DNA from: an uncultured virus (IMG/VR IMGVR_UViG_3300009500_000012)
Lineage: Duplodnaviria > Heunggongvirae > Uroviricota > Caudoviricetes
Direction: 5' to 3' (one strand)
IMG/VR virus record: IMGVR_UViG_3300009500_000012
Length of the DNA stretch: 64,000 nucleotides
Of this stretch, positions 1-9,895 are shown piece after piece. Below the pieces are notes generated by a model. That model was not told the DNA's origin and searched no databases. It saw nothing but the letters and a program-made list of their open reading frames with translations. Numbering within the stretch: the stretch's first letter is position 1; every line of letters starts with the position of its first letter. The position numbers and the translations under genes were made by a program.

Positions 1-212
1 TGAACATTTTGGACAAACCAAGAATGAATCGCATTCGCTTTACGCCAATAAGCAACAGTCACTTCGACATAAATGCTAGGCGTAGACTTCTCAAGAAGAT
101 GAGTCATGTTGGATGCTTCTAAAACAAGAGGAACCATCTTCTTGTCTGTCTCACTTGAGAACTCGTAGTTCGAGGCGTATTTTTCCGCCATGAGGTACAT
201 ATCTAATCCCAT
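1..212 (-). CDS. Conserved phage protein (MGLDMYL...YWRKANAIHSWFV), runs off the window edge
   Basis: Manual translation from ATG at 212; TTGCAA-17-TATAGT promoter ends 6 nt upstream. Confidence 0.8.
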   Translation of the reverse strand, partial: MGLDMYLMAEKYASNYEFSSETDKKMVPLVLEASNMTHLLEKSTPSIYVEVTVAYWRKANAIHSWFVQNV

Positions 213-283
213 GTACGTACTATATCAAAACCTGTAAGTTATTGCAAATACATACATGCGCGTTCAATTTATTATATTTATGA

Positions 284-319
284 AAAAAATCAGCCTGCTT
301 ATTAGGCAGGCTGCTGTGT
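284..319. terminator. Intrinsic terminator hairpin CAGCCTGC/GCAGGCTG
   Basis: Inverted repeat with A-run on + (U-tail on -) just after ORF 320..1051. Confidence 0.75.
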
Positions 320-1051
320 TTACAACTTCTCAGTTTTGATAAGGTCGTTTTCGAGAAGAAGTCTCAAAACTTCCGGGAGAGGTTCTTCACCTTCATAGGC
401 ATTTAGAGGGTCCCCAGGAGTCTTGAAGCGAGTATACAACTTCTCATAATTAGACTTTACATTATTAATTTTACGAAGAAAGAAGGTTTGAAGATATTTA
501 TTTTCCCAAATAGTGGCGTCTACATTGTAGATTGCATTTGAGTATTCGTTGTTAATATACGAACTCAAAATTTGAGTGGCATTATCTTGAATATCTGCCC
601 CATCCATTTCACCATCATCGCCAAATTCTTCACCCCGCCAGCGAACACTTCCAGAAACTTTATACCCCCAGGGTGTCAAGAAGTTGTGGCAAATGTAGGC
701 AAACCATTCCTTGTATCTGTAGAATTTTTCTCCGCCATCCCATTCAATACCTTGAAGGTCTTGTGTAGGAACCCATTGACACCAAAGGCCAGGTTGAGTA
801 CGAGGAGGTTCATTGTAGTCAATAACGCTAGTTAATATTGCTTCATTAATATCATCGCCTACATAAAATTCTCCATCAATACCTGGAGGCAAATGAACGG
901 CAATTCGAACTTCATCAGGAAGAATAGCAGTTGCTTTCTGACTACGAAACATTCTTCGGGTATCAGCAAACTTTTTTAAATAAAGTGCTTGGTTTTGAGT
1001 TAAAGGTCTGTCTAAATCAAACCGACCACGGAATTGAGTGTCATAACCCAT
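320..1051 (-). CDS. Conserved phage hypothetical protein (MGYxTxF...QPGLWCQW...WDGGEKFY)
   Basis: 243-aa ORF with motifs seen in large-phage hypotheticals. Confidence 0.75.
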   Translation of the reverse strand: MGYDTQFRGRFDLDRPLTQNQALYLKKFADTRRMFRSQKATAILPDEVRIAVHLPPGIDGEFYVGDDINEAILTSVIDYNEPPRTQPGLWCQWVPTQDLQGIEWDGGEKFYRYKEWFAYICHNFLTPWGYKVSGSVRWRGEEFGDDGEMDGADIQDNATQILSSYINNEYSNAIYNVDATIWENKYLQTFFLRKINNVKSNYEKLYTRFKTPGDPLNAYEGEEPLPEVLRLLLENDLIKTEKL

Positions 1052-1398
1052 TATAAATTAAAAACCTTTGCCCTTTCAGGATTTACAGGAAGTTTAATAC
1101 CCTTGACCGTTACATGGATATCTTCAGAGATATCCTGGCAGATAAATCCAGGCGAACAAGGACACGCACAGCCTGCGTAGTGCGACCATCGAATGCCCTT
1201 TATAGGCACATCAATGTTTAGTTGCTTAAAAACCTCTGGAAGAAGTTTTCGGTATTCCTTGTGAGGTTCGACACCCCGAGCCACAAGCATATCAAAGACG
1301 CCTGCGCCTTGTACAAAGAAGTAAATTCGACCATTTCTCTTTCGATAATTGCGCCGATTGGCAGGAGAAAAGAATTTCGCTTTCACAATTTCTAACAT
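1051..1398 (-). CDS. Hypothetical protein (AGCACPCSPGF motif)
   Basis: ORF; leaderless promoter TTGCAA-17-TAAGAT. Confidence 0.7.
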   Translation of the reverse strand: MLEIVKAKFFSPANRRNYRKRNGRIYFFVQGAGVFDMLVARGVEPHKEYRKLLPEVFKQLNIDVPIKGIRWSHYAGCACPCSPGFICQDISEDIHVTVKGIKLPVNPERAKVFNL

Positions 1399-1483
1399 AT
1401 GAGTATCTTACATTATTTTTGAAGTTATTGCAAATGCTGATTAGTCCCTACTACATTAAGAGACAGGTTCAATGTAGTAGAGA

Positions 1484-1792
1484 CTAAATCTTATAAACTT
1501 CTTCGGGACGCACTTCATGGACATAGGACATAGCCCGGCGAACGGTTCTATCCGTTTCGTCCACAAGATGGCATATTGTGAAATGAATGTCTGATTCAAA
1601 TAACGAAGCCTTCAACTTCTGAATCATAGAAGGAGGACCCTGCAACTTCTCTAAGAAGGAGGGTTTTAGTAAGGGCGTGTTAGCCCTATGAGAGGTCGTA
1701 CAGCAACCTCTCCGGCAGCGAAGTTCCTTCTCATATGTTACATCAATATGATTGGGAGTGAGTAATTCGGAATCAACATGTTCTAAAAACAT
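1484..1792 (-). CDS. Hypothetical protein
   Basis: ORF; TATAAT 6 nt before ATG. Confidence 0.6.
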   Translation of the reverse strand: MFLEHVDSELLTPNHIDVTYEKELRCRRGCCTTSHRANTPLLKPSFLEKLQGPPSMIQKLKASLFESDIHFTICHLVDETDRTVRRAMSYVHEVRPEEVYKI

Positions 1793-1819
1793 ATTGACAT
1801 TATATCATATTTGAAGTGT

Positions 1820-2026
1820 TTAGTCAAAGAATGAAGCATAAGATAATTGATAAGAATACCACAGCAATCTGTCCATCTTATCAAGAACTCCTACATTATG
1901 ACCGCGCTTCTTCATTTCGTTGAAGAAGTGACCCTTGTAGCGTTCAGTATCTGTAATGGCATCTTCAACACCAAGTATCTTGGCATCGTTAATAGCCTTG
2001 AATTCTGCTTCAGTAAATTGAGTCAT
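1820..2026 (-). CDS. Hypothetical protein
   Basis: ORF; TAGAAT 6 nt before ATG. Confidence 0.55.
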   Translation of the reverse strand: MTQFTEAEFKAINDAKILGVEDAITDTERYKGHFFNEMKKRGHNVGVLDKMDRLLWYSYQLSYASFFD

Positions 2027-2431
2027 GATTATATTCTATCAAAAATGAACAGTTTAGTCAAAAGCATCCATATTTCGTTTAGGATTACTTGAACGCTTAT
2101 CAGCAGGATTCTTATGATATCCTGTGCCTCTGTTGGCTTTAAAAAAGTCCTGAAGCTCCTCGGGAGTCATTTTATGCTTGCTTGGAGCAGAAGGCTTTTC
2201 AAGTTTGATGACATTTTTATCAGGCTTGACTTTTGGTTCCCACATTTTCCCTTTACCGCCAAGTGAAATAAGTCTGGTTAAAAGTTTCGGTATCATTATA
2301 TCATATCTCTCCAGAAATTGCAATCTTCAATCTATAATAATCAAGAAGAGAAAGAATGGAGCCCTGGTGAGGGAAGGCGGAACCTCACCAGGGCTCTTGG
2401 ACAAGCCTAAGACGGAGTTTGCAGGGTCGTC

Positions 2432-3331
2432 TTAGGCTACGTTTTGTTCGAGAGGTGAACCCTTCCAAGCAATGGGTTTCCAATGCTTAGGATTACCCCG
2501 ACGAGGTTCACAACCGATTGCTTTCAACTGAGCGGATACTTCAGCAGGGTACATACCCAATTCGGCCGCGAACGTACCAACCGGAACCAAGTCTTCAAGG
2601 TGACGCTTGGCCATCTTCTGAAGAGTTTCGTTGTCAATAGTTACAACTTCCTTCTTCATACGGGGAGCCCTATCCTCCTTGGGAGCCTTTTCAACCGGAG
2701 TACGATTCTCTGCCCTTACGGCGCGAGCCTTAGCCAACGCTTCGGGATTCGAATTACCTCGCTTGATGGTTCGGCCCTGTTCCTTCAAGTAGTTTGAGAT
2801 ATAGGTAGGTTGTACATTGTATTCTTTAGAAAGAACCACGACACCGTTACCTTTATCAAACTTTTCAAGGACTTCAGCAAGTTCAGTAGAATCCAGAGCA
2901 AGTCGCGTAGTACGCACTCGACCACGTTTGCCCTTCTCGCCTGTACGTGCAGCCGTTCCCAAATTCTTTTCTGCGGATTCATTTTCAATTGTAGAATCAG
3001 GTTCCGAAATCCGAGAAGAAGAAGATTTTTCTTGATTCTTATAGAAGGTTTGCCAATCTTCTGCATTCATGAACTTGGTTCCATAACCAGGACGATGTTT
3101 ACAGAAGTTGTACATAAACCCACAAGATTTGCAGAAGATTTGGTCATGACGAGCAATCTCATCAATCTTATCCCAGGGAATCTCTTCTGCAAATAAACCA
3201 ATGCCAGATTGTTCAGAGTAAGGCTTGTTTGCCAACTTGGCAATAGCCATACTTTCTGCAACAGCCGCCTCCAGCATGTCGTTTATTTCTTGAACAGAAA
3301 GAACACTACGAGAAGTATTATTGTTTTCCAT
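2432..3331 (-). CDS. Putative DNA-binding protein, N-terminal CxxC...C-x-H and two HTH-like repeats
   Basis: Repeats LSKEYNVQPTYISNYLKEQG..KRG and FAAELGMYPAEVSAQLKAIG..RRG; TTGACA-17-TATAAT promoter. Confidence 0.55.
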   Translation of the reverse strand: MENNNTSRSVLSVQEINDMLEAAVAESMAIAKLANKPYSEQSGIGLFAEEIPWDKIDEIARHDQIFCKSCGFMYNFCKHRPGYGTKFMNAEDWQTFYKNQEKSSSSRISEPDSTIENESAEKNLGTAARTGEKGKRGRVRTTRLALDSTELAEVLEKFDKGNGVVVLSKEYNVQPTYISNYLKEQGRTIKRGNSNPEALAKARAVRAENRTPVEKAPKEDRAPRMKKEVVTIDNETLQKMAKRHLEDLVPVGTFAAELGMYPAEVSAQLKAIGCEPRRGNPKHWKPIAWKGSPLEQNVA

Positions 3332-3714
3332 GACCAGATTATAGCAAGGTCTTTAAGTTATGTCAAACAACCACTACTGCAAATAGATTATTAATTTGTT
3401 GAACAATAAAGAATCTATCACCAGGTTCTATTTGTTCTTTAAGACAAAAGTTTAAAGATTCATCTAGAAGATTTCGATAGGTTATATGTTCTCCTTCTTC
3501 ATTGGTAACTCCATACCATTTATCTTTAATTCGAGAAGGAACCTTAGCAACTACCTTATGGTCCTTAAATGCTACTTGACCTAACTCGGGAGTTGTTGTG
3601 CGAGGGGTAACATGAAATACAGATTCAAAAATAGAATTGAACCAACCTGGATATTCATTCTCCTTTTTTTGAATCTTAGATTGAATTCTTTTTAATGTTC
3701 TTAGAGTTGAAAGT

Positions 3715-4113
3715 TCATCCATGAGAGCGATAACGCTTGGGAGTAGGAGTATTAGATACCATATGAAAATTCTTATGTTTAGCCCATTCACGTACTAGAC
3801 GTTTACCTTCTGGGTTAGAAGATTGACAACGAATAATATGGTTATCAGGCGTGAACTCGTTATGAAAAAGTTTCTCGTCAATAAAATTCAACACAGGACG
3901 AATCGTATCATCCCCGCCTAAATCATGGTCCAACCACAATTCAGAAATATTAGGCCATTGTTTCTCTATGAAATCAATAGCAGCCTCACTTGATTTAGCA
4001 TGGATGACTAACTTTCCATCATAAGAATTCTGATAGATTCTATCATCATCAATTACTAAAATAAGTTTTCGAGGCAAAATAGTATCGGCGAGAAGGTTCA
4101 TAACAAATAACAT
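3715..4113 (-). CDS. Cyclic-phosphate-processing receiver (cREC)-like protein
   Basis: LVIDDDR, LWLDHDLG and SSNPEG motifs. Confidence 0.7.
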   Translation of the reverse strand: MLFVMNLLADTILPRKLILVIDDDRIYQNSYDGKLVIHAKSSEAAIDFIEKQWPNISELWLDHDLGGDDTIRPVLNFIDEKLFHNEFTPDNHIIRCQSSNPEGKRLVREWAKHKNFHMVSNTPTPKRYRSHG

Positions 4114-4179
4114 TGTAGCATTTCCAAATAGTTATTTCAAGTAGTCCCTACTACTCTATAATAAATAGAACATCAAATG

Positions 4180-4403
4180 AAAAAACCGAGGTCATGACTC
4201 TCGGTTGTTCCACGCTCTTGTACTTCGAACTTGCACCGTGATGCTTACGCTGTATCACCCTTGCCAGGGTTCAAGCGTCTGCAATTTACCATCCTAAACA
4301 TTCGGAGGCTGTGCCAGCCCGGCCAATTTCATAACACGCATGGCCCTGACGTATCCGTTCAATACCCCACAGAAACTGAACGGACAAGTGTTTCTGTTTC
4401 GCA
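4180..4403 (-). ncRNA. Putative ~225-nt structured ncRNA
   Basis: TTGACA(4437-4432)-17-TATTAT promoter, multiple helices, terminator AACCGAG/CTCGGTT+U6. Confidence 0.6.
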
Positions 4404-4433
4404 TCTATATAATATCAGATGCAGGGTGTTTTG

Positions 4434-4811
4434 TCAAACCTTGGGGTTAAGAATTTTGATTCGAAGAAGAGTGCCGTATACAAGTTCGAAGCGATATTCT
4501 TTTTGTGCTTCGTTCAAACGAGCAAGCAAAGCAGGCAGAGTAACAAGACGAGGAATCGCATTCGCTTCTTGTGAAGAAGGACCAGGAACCCAAACGAATT
4601 TATCTTTACCAGCACTCTTCACAGTACCAACATTTTTAATGGGACCGAAGAGATATTGAATGACCCGAATGATTTGTTTACGGTTATCAATACTAGAATT
4701 AATGTTTAGGACATATTGCCCATTCTTTTGTTGGACAGTCTTTTTAAAAAAATTACCGTCTAAAGTATGAGCATTAACAGAGGACGAATCAATAGTTGAA
4801 GAAGTATTCAT
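4434..4811 (-). CDS. Hypothetical protein
   Basis: ORF with leaderless promoter. Confidence 0.6.
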   Translation of the reverse strand: MNTSSTIDSSSVNAHTLDGNFFKKTVQQKNGQYVLNINSSIDNRKQIIRVIQYLFGPIKNVGTVKSAGKDKFVWVPGPSSQEANAIPRLVTLPALLARLNEAQKEYRFELVYGTLLRIKILNPKV

Positions 4812-4865
4812 ACACCTATCTTAGAAGAAGTTTGCAAGTTTTGTCAATTATTACTTTAAAAAATA

Positions 4866-4941
4866 TGGTAGGGCTAAGAGGATTCGAACCCCTTCCTCAA
4901 GCTTAGAAGGCTCGCGCGCTGTCCCATTACACCATAGCCCC
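4866..4941 (-). tRNA. tRNA-Arg(TCT)
   Basis: Cloverleaf, loop CT-TCT-AA, TTCGAAT T-loop, ACCA end. Confidence 0.9.
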
Positions 4942-5090
4942 GCGCCTACTGTTTCTAAAATTTTCTATTGTGAAAAGAAATGGGACGAGGATTACCCTTT
5001 ACAAAATGCCCTTCTGCATGAACAGGACAAGAAATAACAATTCCTCCTTCAGGAATTACCATTGAAAGAGGTTGACCAGCAGTACATTGA

Positions 5091-5312
5091 TTAACCATTT
5101 TTATCTTTCCCTTCAATATCTAAGATAGAGAATAAATGAATTTCTTGAGCAGTAAACATAACCAGGTAAGTAAGTTCACGACCAGGAACACTATCTGCGT
5201 ACTTCGCAAAGATGGGGCGAAGGGCCTCTTCAACTTCACGGGAAACTTCGTGGGCCTTCTTAGTCCAATCCCTTTGACGAGGCCCGGTAAAAACACTTTC
5301 GACAATATCCAT
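5091..5312 (-). CDS. Hypothetical protein
   Basis: ORF; TTGACA-17-TAGAAT ends 6 nt before ATG. Confidence 0.6.
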   Translation of the reverse strand: MDIVESVFTGPRQRDWTKKAHEVSREVEEALRPIFAKYADSVPGRELTYLVMFTAQEIHLFSILDIEGKDKNG

Positions 5313-5357
5313 GAAAGAATTCTATCAACTAAATTTAGTTATGTCAAATAATAATCA

Positions 5358-5434
5358 TGGTGGGCCTGGTGGGACTTGAACCCACTTAAGTCTGCTTAAA
5401 AGGCAGCGGCGTCGTCTACTTCAGCTTCAGACCC
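5358..5434 (-). tRNA. tRNA-Lys(TTT)
   Basis: Cloverleaf, loop CT-TTT-AA, ACCA end. Confidence 0.85.
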
Positions 5435-5450
5435 ATAAAGATTTTTGATG

Positions 5451-5906
5451 CTAAGAAACTACATGAATTTTGCATCCATTACAATTCTTTTTTCTGCATC
5501 TTGGTCTTATTTTTCTATTGTTTTTATTATACTCTTTATAAAAATTCTTACAAATTTCACATCGACAATATTTGTAAGAACTTATAGTTCCATGAATATC
5601 TTTACCTTTTACTTCTTGAAATCCTTTTTCTAAAATTGTTTTCGTATTATGACAAGGTTTACAAAGTAATTGACATTTTTTACATTCTTCAACGGCTTTG
5701 TCATATGCCATTGTATTTAATTGTGCTATAGTAAATGATTTAGTATTAGGGTCAATATGGTCAAATTCTAATTGATTTACTGAACCACATACCATACATT
5801 TACCTCCAAGCAATTCTATTAACTTGGCACGTTTTTTATGATATTTTTCGAGCATATACTTACGCATGTACTCGTTATAAAATTCTTTATTATCTCTTTT
5901 TCTCAT
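5451..5906 (-). CDS. HNH endonuclease
   Basis: LGGKCxxCG...LEFDHIDP...CQLLCxxCH. Confidence 0.9.
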   Translation of the reverse strand: MRKRDNKEFYNEYMRKYMLEKYHKKRAKLIELLGGKCMVCGSVNQLEFDHIDPNTKSFTIAQLNTMAYDKAVEECKKCQLLCKPCHNTKTILEKGFQEVKGKDIHGTISSYKYCRCEICKNFYKEYNKNNRKIRPRCRKKNCNGCKIHVVS

Positions 5907-5948
5907 ACTTATATGATAGTTAAGTATGATTTGCTTTTTTATAAAAAT

Positions 5949-6027
5949 TGGTGAGTGCGGAGAGACTTGAACTCTCTAAATCTCCGACTTAAAAGGACGG
6001 GGCATGGACCACTTTTGCTTCGCACCC
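5949..6027 (-). tRNA. tRNA-Lys(TTT), second divergent copy
   Basis: Cloverleaf, loop CT-TTT-AA, ACCA end. Confidence 0.8.
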
Positions 6028-6081
6028 ATAACCATTGATTATAAAAAAATCATATTTTTAAAGTTTGAAATAAAGATTTTG

Positions 6082-6155
6082 TGGGCATTGCTGGATTTGA
6101 ACCAGCGCGCAACTCGTTATGAGCAAGCCGCTCTACCAGACTGAGCTAAATGCCC
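6082..6155 (-). tRNA. tRNA with CAT anticodon, likely Ile2 (lysidine type) rather than Met
   Basis: Loop CT-CAT-AA; body resembles bacterial Ile2; CCA not encoded. Confidence 0.8.
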
Positions 6156-6163
6156 AGGAAAAT

Positions 6164-6239
6164 TGGTCCTGCGTGAGAATTTTGCAATCTCAACCCCCGC
6201 CTTATAAAGACGATGCTCTAACTTTTGAGCTAACGCAGG
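6164..6239 (-). tRNA. tRNA-Ile(TAT)
   Basis: Loop TT-TAT-AA, ACCA end, atypical T-loop TGCAAAA. Confidence 0.75.
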
Positions 6240-6459
6240 ATGATTATTAGTTTATCAAGTTTTCAATGATTACTTCAAACAATTCCTACAAAGCAGGAGG
6301 GCTCCCTGTACCTTCATAGTTTTTACACATTCTTTGCATGGACTAACTCCACATCTATCACATCGTAGAAAGAGTTTCATTGTAGGCTTTCTACATAATT
6401 TACATATCTTCATCTGTTGCTAGTCTAGCAAGTCTTCTTATGTAAAGTCAATTAACTTA

Positions 6460-6936
6460 TTATGCTGCTTTTAAATATGGCTGTCTATTTTTCTTGGTTG
6501 GTCTAGGTTTGGCTTTATAATATTGATAATTAACTTTACATTGTTTTGCTCTTAGGATTAGAAGTTCTCTATCTACAAATGAATACCTTTCTAATAAGTC
6601 CATAAATATAGATACAAACTTTGGTCCATGATTTGTTCTTCTACCTGCTAAAGCATGAGCTACTTCATGTAAAACACACGCTCTATTTAGCATTTCCTTT
6701 GGAATATTTATTGCTGTAGAAGTTCCCCAAGAGTTAAATGCTGTAGCGATTAAATCTTTACCATCTTCTGAATACTCATCATAGAAAGTTAAACTCCAAG
6801 GTTTTGTATAGCAGTAATCATCAAAGATGTTGCATATTAACTTGAATGCTCTCTTCTTAGATAATTTAGGATTCCATATTTCATCTTCGAGTGCCCAATC
6901 AAAGTTGTACACTCTATGTTTTTGATAATCTCTCAT
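6460..6936 (-). CDS. SprT-like zinc metalloprotease
   Basis: VLHEVAHA...HGPKF. Confidence 0.75.
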   Translation of the reverse strand: MRDYQKHRVYNFDWALEDEIWNPKLSKKRAFKLICNIFDDYCYTKPWSLTFYDEYSEDGKDLIATAFNSWGTSTAINIPKEMLNRACVLHEVAHALAGRRTNHGPKFVSIFMDLLERYSFVDRELLILRAKQCKVNYQYYKAKPRPTKKNRQPYLKAA

Positions 6937-6984
6937 CCTGTAATATTAGCAAATACAAGTTAGATTATCAATTTATAAGTAAAA

Positions 6985-7221
6985 TAAAAATGGCCTGGTC
7001 ATTTTAACCAAGGCCACATATCTTATAAAACAAATAATAAAAATCTAGAACGCAGAGTGGCCTCCTGCGCCAGATAATGATTGTTTGTTTCTTTTTATAT
7101 TGATATGATTCATTTTAAAAATTGAGGTTCCACGACCCCGGTCTGCACAGGTATGTGATATAAAGATTTGAATTCTCGGTTGGTCATTGATTTCGACACC
7201 AGCCGAGAATTCCTTGACTCT
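6985..7221 (-). ncRNA. Putative small RNA (or mini-ORF transcript) with three GC-rich hairpin elements
   Basis: TTGATA-17-TATACT (7256-7228); terminator TGGCC..GGCCA+U-tract. Confidence 0.4.
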
Positions 7222-7314
7222 TTTTATAGTATACAACATTTTCAGAGTTATATCAAGTAGGAGACTCATTTACGGATAAATGAAAGACTCCTAATCAATA
7301 TATTTTTTTTATTG

Positions 7315-7809
7315 CTATACGCGATAGATAGCAACCGAGACAGTTCCACCCGCTTTTAGAAGTTGCTTGACAGCCCAAGACATATCAAGAATTCTAGAAT
7401 TAAATGGACCTCTGTCCCAAATTTGGCAAGTTGTGCTTAATCCATTTTTGAGATTTACTATTCGGATTATTGTTCCAAAAGGTAAATATCTATGGGCACA
7501 CATTGCCGCGTAAGTGTTAAAGCGGCGACCGCTTGAGGTACGAGCGCCTTGGAAACCATCGCCTACTCCATAATAAGAGGCGACACCTCGTTGAATAAAT
7601 TTCCCAAGAGAAAGTTTGTTCAACACTTTTGACACCAACGCAGTTTGTGGCTTTTGTTCCTTCTTCCTCTGAGATACAAACAAACCTTGGCCTGTATGCA
7701 TCCTTTGAAAGAAAGTATCGTCTGCTTTTGCTGGATGAGATAACCCGAATATCATCATCAAACATAGGACCAGAGCGAAAGCCTTTGCTGCTGTTTGTCT
7801 GAGCATCAA
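7315..7809 (-). CDS. rlpA: RlpA-like (DPBB) lytic transglycosylase with signal peptide
   Basis: GVASYYG, AHRYLPFGT, DRGPF...ILDMS. Confidence 0.9.
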   Translation of the reverse strand: MMLRQTAAKAFALVLCLMMIFGLSHPAKADDTFFQRMHTGQGLFVSQRKKEQKPQTALVSKVLNKLSLGKFIQRGVASYYGVGDGFQGARTSSGRRFNTYAAMCAHRYLPFGTIIRIVNLKNGLSTTCQIWDRGPFNSRILDMSWAVKQLLKAGGTVSVAIYRV

Positions 7810-8226
7810 TGACTCCTTTCATCAGGTCATTCTTTCATTATAGAACATTCCATCAGTTTTTGCAATGAATTGTAATCTATAATAAATTAAACAGAGTCAC
7901 ACTTTAAATGCAACTCTGTTTTCTATTTAAATAATAATAAATTTAATAACAATCTTCAGAATACGTTTCTGACCACCTTACAGGACCTACAGGGCATACC
8001 TGCCTACGTGAACCACAAGAACATATAGCATCAAATAAATGAGCCCCATTGCGGTCACAATATCCATGATAATTAGATGTGCCATCAGGAATACCCCAAG
8101 CAAGGTTTATATCTAAACCTCTTGACTCAAGATATTCCCGCCAGGCTTTTTCTGAAGCTTTATGATTATGCTTTTTCATAAAGCAATTCTACTAAATTGA
8201 GCGAGTTATTACAAGTAGTAGTAGTC

Positions 8227-8784
8227 TTATACTTTTTCTTCTTGTTGTTTCTTCAAACGAACTTGAAGGTAACCATAGATACGGTCTGGGAAAACTTCGA
8301 TATTCTTCACAACTTTGTCATCCTTCAGAGGAGCGACATACAGTTTGCTGGTTTCATCAGTAATGATTTTTTTCTTTTTGAAGTCATGACGAATTAAAAT
8401 AACATTCGAATTATTATTCCACTTCGCTGTGGCATTTTGCATTTCTTCTAAAACAATATCAATCGGACCTTGAAAGGTGTAGAAGATATCGTCATACTCT
8501 GTATTGATTTCACCAGCAGCGATTAGTTCAGCATAACGTGCTTCATCGAAATTATGTTCTTTAGTCATTTGCTCGATAAAAGCATCGCCATTTTCAAGAG
8601 CAAGTAACACTTCATCGCGGAGCAAGTTCACACGACCCGCAAAAGGATGGAGAACAGGACGCCCTTTTTGTTTCTTCTCTTTTTTGTCGAGAGAAACGAT
8701 ATGCATATTTGTAGTTGTTTCCAACACAGGAGCAGAGTCCTGATTATCGTTAGATACTAATTCTTCTTCAATAACTGCGGTCAT
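8227..8784 (-). CDS. Hypothetical protein
   Basis: 185-aa ORF with upstream GAAGGA SD. Confidence 0.7.
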   Translation of the reverse strand: MTAVIEEELVSNDNQDSAPVLETTTNMHIVSLDKKEKKQKGRPVLHPFAGRVNLLRDEVLLALENGDAFIEQMTKEHNFDEARYAELIAAGEINTEYDDIFYTFQGPIDIVLEEMQNATAKWNNNSNVILIRHDFKKKKIITDETSKLYVAPLKDDKVVKNIEVFPDRIYGYLQVRLKKQQEEKV

Positions 8785-8956
8785 GTAAGACTTTCTTCCT
8801 TCAGTAATATTATTAGTAGTGATAGTGATTTATTTTCTAAAAATTATTAGTTCTTGTGTTGTTATTGTAGTTAACAACATCTTGTAATTGTTATTCAATC
8901 ATATGAATATCTACATGTCAATAACTAACAAACCTCTTTAGATATATGTTTTATTT

Positions 8957-9598
8957 TTAAATAAGTAAACCTGCATATTGCAATACTTCTAAATAATCAT
9001 CTGGATAAGTACGATGTATTTTGTCGGCATATTTTATTAAAAGATTTTCTCTTTCTGCTTTTTTTAATTTTTCTGCTGAAAAGTCAATCATCTTCACAAT
9101 GCCAGTTGATTTTTCAATGATGAAATTTTGTTCGTGATGGTCCTTACAATGAACCATACCTACTTGACAAATCCGCTTACATAATTCATCCATCTGCTTT
9201 AAGATAGGAACAAACTCAGAAGAATTCCATCCAACAGAAAAAGCAGACATTTTATTATTTATTAATTGAGGCTGAAGTTTGATACCAAGATTTAAAGCAT
9301 AGTCATATGCGGTCACACCATTTATATGATGCATCCATATGATGGGAAGAAGATTATTCGAATAGCCCCTCTTGGGATATTTTATTTTTGCTTGACCACA
9401 AGCAATAGGAAGAGAAGACCTTCCTTCTAAAATATCGTAGGCCAAAAGATTTATAAGATATTCGTCCTGAGCCTTCTTTATAGAAGGAGACTTCAATATC
9501 TTCACACCCAATTCTGAATTCAATGAAAGGTAGAATCCATCATAGCCTTCTTTGATTCTTCTATTTTGAAGATTGAACTTACCAATAAACGACTTCAT
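8957..9598 (-). CDS. Protein-kinase-like protein
   Basis: GVKIL, HxxDHHEQNFII catalytic-loop-like segment, IDF. Confidence 0.7.
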   Translation of the reverse strand: MKSFIGKFNLQNRRIKEGYDGFYLSLNSELGVKILKSPSIKKAQDEYLINLLAYDILEGRSSLPIACGQAKIKYPKRGYSNNLLPIIWMHHINGVTAYDYALNLGIKLQPQLINNKMSAFSVGWNSSEFVPILKQMDELCKRICQVGMVHCKDHHEQNFIIEKSTGIVKMIDFSAEKLKKAERENLLIKYADKIHRTYPDDYLEVLQYAGLLI

Positions 9599-9716
9599 AA
9601 TAGAGAAATAATATACCAAACCTTCACAGAGATTCAGCCCTTTCAACTTCGCCTTTCGGACTAGTCTAGCAGACAAGCGAACCCCATGTCAATCAGAATA
9701 TCCCCAGAAACCACGA

Positions 9717-9763
9717 CAAACGTATGTTCGATAAGGAGAGCAACCCAGGCGAACACATATTCG
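9717..9763. promoter_or_regulatory. Two LexA (GAAC-N4-GTTC type) box-like sites
   Basis: CAAAC-GTAT-GTTCG (9717) and CGAAC-ACAT-ATTCG (9750), each one mismatch from CGAAC-N4-GTTCG. Confidence 0.5.
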
Positions 9764-9895
9764 AGTCATAAACTTCTTTGAAAGACTTGATTTAACTTAT
9801 GGGATATGATATAAATGCTGTGGAAGTAAACACAAACGCTTCCTTCAATTCACAAACAACCTCACTATTAAGTGAAAGGATACCAAAACAAAATC

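Noticed and set aside
4231..4659. Plus-strand 142-aa ORF
   Set aside because: Antisense to a credible gene and to the structured RNA; TTG start with no SD.
7045..7080. HDV-like (theta) ribozyme suggested by TGGC-CTCCTGC-GCCA
   Set aside because: I could not build P1.1, P2 or P4; a simple CGCAG/CTGCG hairpin explains it.
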